64,000 bases of DNA. Origin: Patescibacteria group bacterium (lineage in GTDB: Bacteria > Patescibacteriota > Patescibacteriia > SG8-24). Below the pieces are notes generated by a model that worked only from the letters and a program-made list of their open reading frames with translations, did not search any database and was not told where the DNA came from. The stretch is from NCBI GenBank assembly GCA_041667185.1, contig JBAYFM010000006.1, forward strand, positions 6,591 to 70,590. The letters are read 5' to 3'. The position numbers and the translations under genes are program-made. This document shows, piece by piece, positions 1 to 11,398 of the stretch (the first letter of the stretch is position 1; each line of letters begins with the position of its first letter).

Positions 1-213
1 GCCGTGGGAACTAGTGGCCCGGAGCGCCCAGACCCCCAAGTTGTAGGCCCGGGAGTAGTTGTCCAGATAGCCGCTGCGGCCGTCGGCCTCGAGCGCGAGC
101 CAGGGCACGAGCTGCCATTGCTCCTTTTGGGAGCGGGCGTACGCCCGGATGCTTTCAGCCAGGTCCGCTGTCGTTTTCTCAATGGCCTTTTTGGGGTCGA
201 TCTTTTTTGCCAT
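1..213 (-). CDS. hypothetical protein, 5' part of a tandem paralog (runs off the window start)
   Basis: Reverse translation begins MAKKIDPKKAIEKTTADLAESIRAYARSQKEQW..., nearly identical to the N-terminus of the 457..975 gene. A GGAGG RBS lies 6 nt upstream of the ATG at 211-213 (revcomp). Confidence 0.55.
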   Translation of the reverse strand, partial: MAKKIDPKKAIEKTTADLAESIRAYARSQKEQWQLVPWLALEADGRSGYLDNYSRAYNLGVWALRATSSHG

Positions 214-327
214 CAGAGCCTCCGTGGTTGTCGAAAGAACGCCCTTTTCTTATCATGGCGCATTGGCCGGGTCAAGGCGGTTGCTCGCATATCAAAACGC
301 GGGCCGTTGCTAGCCAGCGTTTTCGCC

Positions 328-347
328 ACGTCGTTCGCGAACGACGT
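328..347. repeat. perfect 20-bp palindrome ACGTCGTTCGCGAACGACGT (core of the dispersed repeat family)
   Basis: Exact palindrome. The same core recurs at 1161, 17528 and 35874, and a degenerate copy at 36667. Confidence 0.8.
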
Positions 348-382
348 AGCTCCGCATCTCCGTATTTCATACAAAAAAAGGC

Positions 383-412
383 GCCAAGGGTTGGCGCCTG
401 CGGTTCAAAAGC
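383..412 (-). terminator. rho-independent terminator for the 457..975 gene
   Basis: Minus strand reads ccgcaggcgccaacccttggcgcc followed by a T-tract: a GC hairpin plus U-run directly after the stop. Confidence 0.5.
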
Positions 413-456
413 GGATAGTCCTCTTCGATGTGAAAAAGACTGTCCCTTTTGCCTTA

Positions 457-975
457 TCAGAAGATGCTTGAGAGGTTGGCTGGGCCGCGCTGGTCGGCGG
501 TGTAGACCGGCTTCAGACCACGCTCCCGGCGGATCTTTTTGCGCCAGGCGGCCTGTTTAGCGGGGTCGTAGAACTTGTTGGTCGGTTTCTTGGATTTCCT
601 CTGGAGTCCCTTGATGATCGCGGCGGCGTCCAGTTCCTTGATGTGAGCGGCGAGAGCGAGCACCTCTCTGTCTGAGGCGGGAGTGGGCTTGCCTTGGTCC
701 CAGTGGAACATGCCGGCCCGGATCAGTTCGCCGGTCGCGAGGTCAACGTAGATGTTGTAGCCGCCGTCGGAGCGGCTCGCGTCGAGCGCCCAGACCCCCA
801 AGTTGTAGGCCCGGGAGTAGTTGTCCAGGTAGCCGCTGCGGCCGTCGGCCTCGAGTGCGAGCCAGGGCACGAGCCGCCACTGCTCCTTCTGGGAGCGGGC
901 GTACGCCCGGATGCTTTCAGCCAGGTCCGCTGTCGTTTTCTCAATGGCCTTTTTAGGGTCGATCTTTTTCGCCAT
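457..975 (-). CDS. hypothetical protein (tandem paralog; no domain recognised)
   Basis: ORF 457..1008 was trimmed to the ATG of MAKKIDPKK, which has a GGAGG RBS. The first ~300 bp plus the upstream region are ~95% identical to 1..310. Confidence 0.6.
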   Translation of the reverse strand: MAKKIDPKKAIEKTTADLAESIRAYARSQKEQWRLVPWLALEADGRSGYLDNYSRAYNLGVWALDASRSDGGYNIYVDLATGELIRAGMFHWDQGKPTPASDREVLALAAHIKELDAAAIIKGLQRKSKKPTNKFYDPAKQAAWRKKIRRERGLKPVYTADQRGPANLSSIF

Positions 976-1084
976 CAGAGCCTCCATGGTTGTCGAAAGA
1001 ACGCTCATTTCTTATCATGGCGCATTGGCCGGGTCAAGGCGGTTGCTCGCATATCAAAACGCGGGCCGTTGCCAGCCCGCGTCT

Positions 1085-1228
1085 CTCCCTGATCCAATGA
1101 ACGGGAGAGTGCGGGAGTGCAGGAGTCGGGGAGACCCGACAAAAACTCCTACACTCCGCCACGTCGTTCGCGAACGACGTGACTCCGTCTCTTCGTCTCT
1201 CCCTGACTCCGTCTCTCCTAAACTTCCC
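1085..1228. repeat. dispersed composite palindromic repeat element (copy R2)
   Basis: Contains gggagagtgcgggagtgcaggagtc, the palindrome core at 1161-1180, and gactccgtctct...ctctccctgactccgtctctcc. Confidence 0.75.
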
Positions 1229-1234
1229 AACTTT

Positions 1235-1780
1235 CTAAATCTTCTTCACTTGCAAGAAATCCAACTCCACCGGCGTCTCGCGGCCGAACATGGAGACGAG
1301 CACCTTGATTTTGCCGCGCGACTCGTCGATCTCGGCCACCTTGCCTTCGAAGCCCTTGAACGGGCCGTCGGTGATCTTGACCGGAGCGTTGACATCAATG
1401 TTGATCTTGTATTCCGGCTCGTTGACGCCCATCCGTTTCTGGATGGTCTTGATCTCCTCCTCGGAGATCGGAGTCGGCGTGTTGCCCGTGCCGATGAAGC
1501 CGGTCACGTTCGGCGTGTTGCGGACGACATACCAGGAGTCGTCGGTGACGATCATCTCGACCATGACGTAGCCGGGGAAAATCTTCTCCTCGACGATCTT
1601 GCGCTTGCCGTTCTTGATCTTGATCTTTTTTTCCTTGGGGATCAGGACGCCGAAGATCTTGTCCTGCATGTCCATGGACTCGATGCGCTGCTTGAGATTG
1701 TGGGCGACGTTCTCCTCGTAACCGGAGTAGGTGTGGATGGCGAACCAGCGTCGTCCGAGTTGTGATGTCTGTTTCGGCAT
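1235..1780 (-). CDS. nusG: transcription termination/antitermination factor NusG
   Basis: 181 aa with an NGN domain plus C-terminal KOW (GPFKGFEGKVAEID...KIKVLVSMFGRETPVELDF). It lies immediately downstream of secE, the classic pairing. Confidence 0.9.
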   Translation of the reverse strand: MPKQTSQLGRRWFAIHTYSGYEENVAHNLKQRIESMDMQDKIFGVLIPKEKKIKIKNGKRKIVEEKIFPGYVMVEMIVTDDSWYVVRNTPNVTGFIGTGNTPTPISEEEIKTIQKRMGVNEPEYKINIDVNAPVKITDGPFKGFEGKVAEIDESRGKIKVLVSMFGRETPVELDFLQVKKI

Positions 1781-1834
1781 AGGGGCCGAGAGGCAATTGG
1801 CAGCTGCCAGCTAGCGCCGGCCGCGCCCAAAGGA

Positions 1835-2023
1835 CTAAATGTTAAGAACGCGGCGGAAGATGATGACCAGGGCGTAATCGATGACGCCGAAAAACACGGC
1901 GGTCGACAGGGAAATGCCGATGACGACCAAGGTGTCCTTGACGACGTGGCTGCGAGTCGGCCAGGTGACCTTCGTGAGCTCGGCCCGCGATTCCTTTATA
2001 TAAGCGATGAGAGGATTGGCCAT
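1835..2023 (-). CDS. secE: preprotein translocase subunit SecE
   Basis: 62 aa with a single C-terminal TM helix (WPTRSHVVKDTLVVIGISLSTAVFFGVIDYAL), directly upstream of nusG. Confidence 0.85.
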   Translation of the reverse strand: MANPLIAYIKESRAELTKVTWPTRSHVVKDTLVVIGISLSTAVFFGVIDYALVIIFRRVLNI

Positions 2024-2224
2024 AGTGAGCCAAATTTCAGGTTCTTAAAACCGCCCCGGGGGCGGTATATAGATTGATATGCCGACTATAGCGCAGAAAC
2101 TGCGGGTTGGCAAGTGGGACGCTGTTTTGCCGGCCAGCGCCGACTTCAGCCCGGCCACAAGCCCAGTTGCGCTGTTTGCGCCCAGGGTGTTAAGTAGGGG
2201 CGGACCCAGACAAAGGAGAGTCCT

Positions 2225-2941
2225 ATGTATGGGGAGAACCTTTTACTTCGACTCATCCCGCTGTGGATACTCGCCGCGGTCGTGTCGATCGCGGTCATGC
2301 TGCTGCTCCGTCGCTTTCGCGGCGGCCGCGGCCTCAGAACCGCGACCGTCGTCATCTGGTCGCTCGCGGCGGCTGGCTACGGCGGCACGATCCTGGCCGA
2401 TCGCACCGGTATTTCCGCTTTGCCCGTCACGATCATCATTTCTGATTCTTGGTCCGAGGTCGAGAGGATCGAGATCATCGCGGCCGCGGATTATTGGAAC
2501 GGACTGGTCCTGGAGATGACCGGCCGTCCGGCTTTCATCCTGCGGCGCGGCGCCGCCGGTTATCAGCCGGATCGTTTCTATCTGGCCCCGGTCTTCGGAT
2601 CCAAGCCGTGCGATGGTTTGAACGTGGTCGCTCCGGATGACTCCGATCCGGCCAGTTCCGGCGAGGGCGTGGATGGCATAGGACGTTTCATCGCCTGCGG
2701 CTGGCATTGGCCGGGCGGCGACGTCATCGTTTGGCGCCGCCAGGTCTGGTTCGGTGATGAGTTGGATCATTGCGATCTGAACCGGATCGTTCGCCACGAA
2801 CTCGGCCATATGCTGGGGCTGTCTCACTATGGCGAGGAGGGTCGTTCGACCATGGCGTCGGTCGTTCGTTGCGGTACGGATGAAGCGGCTCTGCGCCGCT
2901 ATGACCGCGTCCTGCTGGAACAGCTCTTTTACGGCCGCTGA
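2225..2941 (+). CDS. membrane-anchored zinc metalloprotease, matrixin/metzincin-like (HExxHxxGxxH)
   Basis: N-terminal TM helix, an HELGHMLGLSH zinc-binding motif and a downstream Met-turn-like STM. Confidence 0.65.
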   Translation: MYGENLLLRLIPLWILAAVVSIAVMLLLRRFRGGRGLRTATVVIWSLAAAGYGGTILADRTGISALPVTIIISDSWSEVERIEIIAAADYWNGLVLEMTGRPAFILRRGAAGYQPDRFYLAPVFGSKPCDGLNVVAPDDSDPASSGEGVDGIGRFIACGWHWPGGDVIVWRRQVWFGDELDHCDLNRIVRHELGHMLGLSHYGEEGRSTMASVVRCGTDEAALRRYDRVLLEQLFYGR

Positions 2942-2946
2942 ATCTT

Positions 2947-2980
2947 AAGACCGCACTCTTTGGAGGGCGGTCTTTTTTTG
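2947..2980 (+). terminator. rho-independent terminator
   Basis: agaccgc-actctttggagg-gcggtct hairpin followed by T7. Confidence 0.6.
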
Positions 2981-3033
2981 TTTCGCGGTCGGACGGCTCG
3001 GTCGCCGGAGCGGTCGCTTCTTAATACCGAAGA

Positions 3034-4107
3034 TTAGCTGGCTGCCCCGTCTGCGGCGGGGGAGTCTTTTTTGACTTTCAATATGAGTTGACCGCACGCC
3101 GCGGCGATGTCCGTGCCCATGGAGCGCCGGCGCGTGGCGTCGATCCCGGCGCGTTCCAGGGCGGCCAGAAAATCCTGCGTCGCCGTCTCGTCGGAACCAG
3201 TGAAGCCGGAGTCGGTCGCATTGTAGGGGATGAGGTTCACCCGGGCCCGGCCGGACGCGCGCACGAAAGCAGTCAGAAGTTCGGCGTGTCGCGGCGTGTC
3301 GTTGACGCCGGCGAGCAGGAGGTATTCGAAAGTCACGTGCCGACGCCGGCCGCCTTTTTCCTGGAGATAGCGGTTCGACCAGGCGGCCAGCCGTCCGAGG
3401 AAGCCTTCGTATGAGGTCGGCATGATCTCGCGGCGCGTCACGGGGTCGGCGCTGTGCAGGGAGATGGCGAGACGCACCGGCGGCCAGTCTTGGTCGCCGA
3501 GGAGCGCTTCGAGCTGCGGCAGGAGCCCGACGCTCGAGACAGTGATGTGGGTGGGGCCGACGTCCGTCCGCTCAAGGAGCGTCCGGATCGCCGCTTTGAC
3601 GTTGTCATAATTCGCCATCGGTTCGCCCATGCCCATGAAGACCAGGTTGCTGATCCGTCCGGCTTGTTCCGTGTGTTCCGCCAGGTGGCGTTTCCAGAAG
3701 CGGTACTGGTCGACGATCTCGTCGGCGGTCAGATTGCGCTGGAGCCCCATCCGGCCGGTGGCGCAGAACGTGCAGCGCATGGCGCAGCCGACCTGCGAGG
3801 AGACGCAGATCGTCCAGGCGCCGCGGCGGTTGCGCATGAGCACGGTCTCGATGCATTGTCCGTCCGTCAGTTTCAGGGCCGCTTTGTGGGTCTCGTTGTC
3901 GCCGCTTCCGACGATGGTCGCGTCGACATAGGATGTCCAGGGAGTGTTTTCGGCCAAAGTTTGCCGCAGGCCGGCCGGCAGGGAAGTGGCGTTGTTCCAG
4001 CTGTTCCAGCCATCCTGAAACAAGGCCGAGCCGATCTGCTTCCAGCGGAAAGCCGGCTCGTCCGGGAAATTTTTTCTGAAGAGTTCTTCGCGGGTCAGTG
4101 GCATCAT
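3034..4107 (-). CDS. rlmN: 23S rRNA (adenine2503-C2)-methyltransferase RlmN (radical SAM)
   Basis: CAMRCTFCATG radical-SAM cysteine motif and an RlmN/Cfr family-like sequence throughout (GMGEP, IPYN). Confidence 0.85.
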   Translation of the reverse strand: MMPLTREELFRKNFPDEPAFRWKQIGSALFQDGWNSWNNATSLPAGLRQTLAENTPWTSYVDATIVGSGDNETHKAALKLTDGQCIETVLMRNRRGAWTICVSSQVGCAMRCTFCATGRMGLQRNLTADEIVDQYRFWKRHLAEHTEQAGRISNLVFMGMGEPMANYDNVKAAIRTLLERTDVGPTHITVSSVGLLPQLEALLGDQDWPPVRLAISLHSADPVTRREIMPTSYEGFLGRLAAWSNRYLQEKGGRRRHVTFEYLLLAGVNDTPRHAELLTAFVRASGRARVNLIPYNATDSGFTGSDETATQDFLAALERAGIDATRRRSMGTDIAAACGQLILKVKKDSPAADGAAS

Positions 4108-4191
4108 AGGTCAGCGCGTCTCATCTAATACTATCAGGGAATTGCGCGCAATACTAAACCGCCCCTTGCGGGGCGGTTTTTCGGCTGTCAG

Positions 4192-4881
4192 CTAGAGCGT
4201 GGCGTCGGCGCCTTCGGTGGTGTAGTCGCCGGAATTGCCGCTGGCCTTGCAGGTCTTGCGATCGGCATAGAACTGCTTCCAAGTGGCGTTCTTTTCGCTC
4301 TTGAAAGTCTTGTTGGCCTGGCGGAGTGAAGTCTGGTAGGCGGACCAGGCAGCCTTGGCCGCGGCGCGGCGTTCCTTGAGATCGACGATCTTCCAGGCTG
4401 CGACGAGCGCGGTCTTGCGGGCCTCGAGCGCGGCTTTGTGGGCGTTGTAGCGGGTCTCGATGGATTTGAGGAGAGCGGTTTCGCGGCTGGCGACGGCGGT
4501 CTGCATGCAGGCGATCATCGCGGCGTTCGCGGCTTCAGCCTCCAGGCGCTTTTTTTCCTTGAGCTGTTCCCGTTCCTTTTTCAGCTGTTCGCGGAGCTTC
4601 TCTTTTTCTTCCTTGATCCGTTCGCGTTCGGTTTTAGCTTTCTCTTTCCAGTCGTCATCATCATGGTCGTTGACGTTGGAATTGACGTTAGTGTTCGCGT
4701 TGGTGTTTGTGTTGGAGTTTGAGTTGCTGTTGGTGTTCGTATTCGTGTTTGCGTTCGTGTTGACGTTGACGTTCGAATTGGAATTCGAGTTGTCGTTGGT
4801 CTCGGTCGCAAGGACCGGGAGGGCCAGGGTCGAGGCCATGAGCGAGGCCAGGACGGCCGTGCCGAGGTAGCGTTTGAACAT
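4192..4881 (-). CDS. secreted protein with an N/T/S-rich repeat tract and a coiled-coil domain
   Basis: Signal peptide (MFKRYLGTAVLASLMASTLALPVLA), then a ~45-aa (N-x)n tract (NSNSNSNVNVNTNANTNTNT...), a DHDDDD stretch, and a heptad-rich K/E region. Confidence 0.6.
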   Translation of the reverse strand: MFKRYLGTAVLASLMASTLALPVLATETNDNSNSNSNVNVNTNANTNTNTNSNSNSNTNTNANTNVNSNVNDHDDDDWKEKAKTERERIKEEKEKLREQLKKEREQLKEKKRLEAEAANAAMIACMQTAVASRETALLKSIETRYNAHKAALEARKTALVAAWKIVDLKERRAAAKAAWSAYQTSLRQANKTFKSEKNATWKQFYADRKTCKASGNSGDYTTEGADATL

Positions 4882-5015
4882 AGTTTATGGGCGCTTGATT
4901 AGCGTTAATTTAATAAGGCGCTTAATAGCATAATATATGACGCCGTTCGTGGCAAAATCTTACAGGTTCAAAAAGACGCCGGCTGGAGCCCGGCGCCTTT
5001 TTATCGTGTGATTCG

Positions 5016-7668
<2,653 letters not shown>

Positions 7669-7789
7669 GGCATCCTCCTGTTGGTTTTGCGGCGTTGAAC
7701 CGCTGGAACTCGAGCTGAGCTATTATATAAAGAACCGGTATCCGCACCTTGCCCGCCGCAGCCGCCTTTGTCAAACGCCGGCTGCACCT

Positions 7790-7816
7790 GCCAAAGATCG
7801 GGAAATCTGATATCAT
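7790..7816 (+). promoter_or_regulatory. candidate extended -10 promoter (TGATATCAT) for the 7845 gene
   Basis: TGnTATCAT sits 29 nt upstream of the ATG; the -35 is weak. Confidence 0.3.
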
Positions 7817-7844
7817 TTGAGCTGTCCTAAAAAGTACGCGGCCT

Positions 7845-8726
7845 ATGGCTTTCGATCCGACCCGGGAAGGACAATTGACCGAGGATCAGCTCAAGTGGGG
7901 CTACTGGTGGGTCACGCACAAAGTGCAGGTCCGCAAGATCTTCGCGATCGCGCTGGTGGTTTTGGATGTCGCGCTGGTCGGTTACGGCAGCTTCGGTTTC
8001 ATTGACTGGTTCTTCTTGTCCGGGGCCAGGGAGCGGCAGGAGATCGGGCTCCTGGCCGAGACGGTGACTGATTTTCCTTACTTTCACGCCCGGTTCGCGC
8101 CGCGGGAGCTGGCTATCGAGGGCACGTCGGTCCTCGAGGCAGGGGAGGGTAGTTATGATCTGGCGACCAGGGTCGCGAATCCGAATCCGCAGTGGTGGGC
8201 GAATTTCAATTATCAGTTCCTGTCCGGCAGCGAGCCGCTGGGTGCGTTGCAGCGCGGCTACATCCTGCCTGGCGAGGTCAAATATCTTTCCGGCCTGGGG
8301 ACCAAAGCGGCGAGTTTTCCGAGCGGCGCCGAGGTCGCGATCACTGATCTGGTCTGGCATCGGGTGAACAATCATATTGTTCGTCCGGATTACGCCGTCT
8401 GGTCGGCCGCCCGTCTGAATTTCCTGCTCTCGGACATCAAGTTCCAGGCTCCGGATCCGTCCGATCAGCTGAAGGTCAGCCGGGCGTCATTCACTCTGAA
8501 GAACGATTCCGGTTACGGTTATTGGAAGGTCGGTTTTTTCGTCGCGCTGCTGCGGGGCGAGCAGGTGGTCGCGGCTAACTACGTCACTGTGAGCGAGTTG
8601 CGCGCTGGCGACGTGCGGCCGGTCGAGGCTAGTTGGTTCTCCGATCTGCCGCCGGTCGACCGGGTCGAGATCACGCCCGAGGTCAACCTGTTTGATGACC
8701 GGGTTTTCATCCCGCCGGGACAATGA
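7845..8726 (+). CDS. hypothetical membrane-anchored protein
   Basis: N-terminal TM helices then a ~230-aa soluble domain; no motif recognised. Confidence 0.5.
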   Translation: MAFDPTREGQLTEDQLKWGYWWVTHKVQVRKIFAIALVVLDVALVGYGSFGFIDWFFLSGARERQEIGLLAETVTDFPYFHARFAPRELAIEGTSVLEAGEGSYDLATRVANPNPQWWANFNYQFLSGSEPLGALQRGYILPGEVKYLSGLGTKAASFPSGAEVAITDLVWHRVNNHIVRPDYAVWSAARLNFLLSDIKFQAPDPSDQLKVSRASFTLKNDSGYGYWKVGFFVALLRGEQVVAANYVTVSELRAGDVRPVEASWFSDLPPVDRVEITPEVNLFDDRVFIPPGQ

Positions 8727-8871
8727 ACTGTCGCAAGGTTCACTTATCGGCGCGACTGGTGTAAAAAGAGCTGGTCCAGCTCTGTTTTTATTGAGTTCCG
8801 CTCGGCTGTGGGACCGAGCTCAGCTCGGTCTGAAAAGATGACGGCGAAGCCCGGCTTCGCATTCTCTTTAT

Positions 8872-9975
8872 ATGAATAGATTGACGGCGATATTCAGGCG
8901 GTTCGATTGGGTCCTGTTCGGGTCGGCTTTAGCGCTCACGATCTTCGGACTCGCGGTGCTTTATAGTACCTCGCTCGGCACGGGAGCCGCGGCCGGCGAG
9001 TTCGCCAATTTCCGCAAGCAGCTGGCGTTCGCCGGCGTCGGCGCGGCCGTGGCAGTGGCTTTCACCCTCGTCAATTACCGCTACCTGTCGAACTTTTCTA
9101 AGGTCCTGTACGTCGTTTCCGTCCTGTTGCTCATGGCCGTCCTGATCATGGGCCAGACGACGCGCGGCGCCCGGAGCTGGTTCGGTTTCGGCGGTTTCGG
9201 CATCCAGCCCGTGGAATTCGTGAAACTTTTCCTGGTGGTCTTCCTGGCCAAGTTCTTCAGCGACTACGCGCGCGACCATCGGCCGTTCCTGCCGATCGCC
9301 GGTTCCGGCCTCGCTTTCGGCGCGCTGTTCTGCCTGGTCGCGATCCAGCCGGATTTCGGTTCAGCCTTCCTGCTCGGCATCATTTGGTTCTCCATGCTGC
9401 TCATCGCCGGGGTCAAACGGTCGCACCTGCTCGCACTCGCGATCTTCGCGGCCGTCGTCGCAGCGACCGCCTGGCTCCTCGTCCTGCAGCCGTATCAGAA
9501 AGACCGCGTCCTGGCCTTCCTCGATCCCGGTCGCGATCCGCTCGGCCGCGGCTACAACGTCACCCAGTCGGTGATCGCCGTCGGCTCCGGCGGCTTCTTC
9601 GGCCGCGGTCTCGGCTACGGCTCGCAGAGCCAGCTGCACTTCCTGCCGGAGCGCCAGACTGATTTCATTTTCGCGGCCACGGCCGAAGAGCTCGGCTTCC
9701 TCGGCGTGCTGCTCGTCTGCGGCCTGTTCGCGATCATCTTCTACCGGTGTTTCATCCTGGCGAAGAACGCGCGCGACGATTTCTCGCTGTTCCTGGTCCT
9801 CGGCATCGCGATCTCGCTCGCCGCCGAGGTCGCGGTCAACGTCGGCGGCAACCTGCGGCTCATGCCGGTCACGGGCATCACCCTGCCGTTCCTGAGCTAC
9901 GGCGGCAGTTCGCTCCTCGCGAAATTCTTGACGCTCGGCGTCCTCGAATCCGTCGCCGTCCGCAGCGCGCGCTGA
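8872..9975 (+). CDS. SEDS-family peptidoglycan glycosyltransferase (FtsW/RodA)
   Basis: 367 aa, ~10 TM, conserved SEDS stretches (GSRSWF-like GARSWFGFGGFGIQPVEFVKL, FAATAEELGFLG, GITLPFLSYGGSS). Confidence 0.85.
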   Translation: MNRLTAIFRRFDWVLFGSALALTIFGLAVLYSTSLGTGAAAGEFANFRKQLAFAGVGAAVAVAFTLVNYRYLSNFSKVLYVVSVLLLMAVLIMGQTTRGARSWFGFGGFGIQPVEFVKLFLVVFLAKFFSDYARDHRPFLPIAGSGLAFGALFCLVAIQPDFGSAFLLGIIWFSMLLIAGVKRSHLLALAIFAAVVAATAWLLVLQPYQKDRVLAFLDPGRDPLGRGYNVTQSVIAVGSGGFFGRGLGYGSQSQLHFLPERQTDFIFAATAEELGFLGVLLVCGLFAIIFYRCFILAKNARDDFSLFLVLGIAISLAAEVAVNVGGNLRLMPVTGITLPFLSYGGSSLLAKFLTLGVLESVAVRSAR

Positions 9976-10040
9976 GCCTCCGGCCTGTGCATAAACCGGG
10001 ATTGAAAGGGGGCTGAAAAAATGCTAAAATATCAACAGGG

Positions 10041-10451
10041 ATGCGGATGACCCGCGGCCCTGAAAATAAAAAGTCGGCCAGTAAAACCAAAAATATGGCT
10101 TTTCAACAGCCCGCGGCCCGTCCTTCGCAATTTTACGATGAAGGGATCAAACTGATCTCCTACTGTCCGTTATGCGAGGCCAGTTACAATCCGCATGAGA
10201 CCAAAGTGCTGGGCGAGAAAGAGGATAGCCATCTGCTGCACATCCAATGCGGCAACTGCCGCAACGCCATCCTCGCGCTCGTCCTGATCTCGGCCGTGGG
10301 CGTGAGTTCCGTCGGTCTCGTGACCGATCTCAGCGGCGACGAGGTCGACCGTTTCAAATCCGGGCGCGCCGTTTCCACGGACGACGTCATTGATACCCAC
10401 CACTTGCTGCGCGACGAGGACGAGATGTTCCGCCGCCTGGCCATGGCCTGA
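10041..10451 (+). CDS. hypothetical zinc-ribbon membrane protein
   Basis: CPLC...CGNC cysteine pairs then a TM helix. The real start may be MAFQQ at 10095. Confidence 0.45.
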   Translation: MRMTRGPENKKSASKTKNMAFQQPAARPSQFYDEGIKLISYCPLCEASYNPHETKVLGEKEDSHLLHIQCGNCRNAILALVLISAVGVSSVGLVTDLSGDEVDRFKSGRAVSTDDVIDTHHLLRDEDEMFRRLAMA

Positions 10452-10468
10452 TCGACCAATAGCCAACA

Positions 10469-10491
10469 AGCCGCCCTCGGGCGGTTTTTTG
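10469..10491 (+). terminator. rho-independent terminator
   Basis: ccgccctcgggcgg hairpin plus T6. Confidence 0.6.
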
Positions 10492-10693
10492 ACTGGTCAG
10501 TTTTTCTGTTCATCGCGGATGAATTGTTCCAACTTGACGATCTTCAAAACCAGTCAACAGCCGCCAGCCGGCCGCCGTTAACCCAAAAGCCGGCGAGACT
10601 CTTGCGTGTTTCGGAAAAACAGTGTAAACAATTAGGAATGCGAATTCCTTTTTTTTTATTTTTCATTCAGCTTGGAATAAGCTCTGAACAGCT

Positions 10694-11383
10694 ATGGAAA
10701 CAGTGAAGTTGGCGGTCAAAGGCCGGTCGGTCAAAGGAAAACAGGTGAAGACGCTGCGGACGGCCGGCGTCATTCCCGCGGTCGTTTACGGCCACGGCGT
10801 CGATTCGCGCCCGGTCGAAGTCGATTACAAGATCTTCGAGAAGGTGCTGGATCAAGCCGGCGAATCCACGCTCGTCGACCTCGTGATCGACGGCGGCGAA
10901 ACGGTGAAGGTCCTGATCCAGGACGTCCAGCGCGATCCGCTCAAGGACACTATCACGCACGTCGACCTACGCCAGGTCCGCATGACCGAGAAGCTCGATG
11001 TCGACATCGAGATCAACTTCATCGGCGAGGCTCCGGCCGTCAAGGAATCCGGCGCCATCCTGGTCCGCAGCATGAGCGTCATCGCCGCCCGCTGTTTGCC
11101 GGGCGACCTGGTCCACGCCATCGACGTCGATCTGACCGGCATGAAGAAGATCGGCGACATCATCAAGGTCAAGGATCTGGCGGCCCTCAAGGGCATCGAG
11201 TTCATGGCCAACCCGAACGAGGTCATCGCGGTCGTCAACGAGCCGATCTCGGAGGCTGAGCTCAAGGCTATGGAGGCCAAGCCGGTCGAGGATGTCAGCG
11301 CCGTGAAGGTCGAGGCTGATGAGAAGAAGGCCGCGGCTGCCGCCGAGGAACCGGCCGAGGACAAGAAAGAAAAGAAGAAGTAA
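10694..11383 (+). CDS. rplY: 50S ribosomal protein L25 / general stress protein Ctc (long form)
   Basis: VKLAVKGRSVKGKQVKTLRTAGVIPAVVYGHG N-terminus and an acidic C-terminal extension. Confidence 0.88.
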   Translation: METVKLAVKGRSVKGKQVKTLRTAGVIPAVVYGHGVDSRPVEVDYKIFEKVLDQAGESTLVDLVIDGGETVKVLIQDVQRDPLKDTITHVDLRQVRMTEKLDVDIEINFIGEAPAVKESGAILVRSMSVIAARCLPGDLVHAIDVDLTGMKKIGDIIKVKDLAALKGIEFMANPNEVIAVVNEPISEAELKAMEAKPVEDVSAVKVEADEKKAAAAAEEPAEDKKEKKK

Positions 11384-11398
11384 GGCCGGCGCGATCGG

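Noticed and set aside
2030-2224. Possible tRNA-Trp upstream of secE, which is the usual location.
   Set aside because: Neither strand shows a T-arm (GGTTCGAATCC-like) or a cloverleaf. A minus-strand hairpin plus T-run at 2045-2066 looks like a terminator only.
10560-10693. Short hairpin ggaatgcgaattcc plus T9 directly upstream of rplY as a transcriptional attenuator.
   Set aside because: A 5-bp stem in an AT-rich promoter region is more likely promoter UP-element sequence than a regulated terminator.
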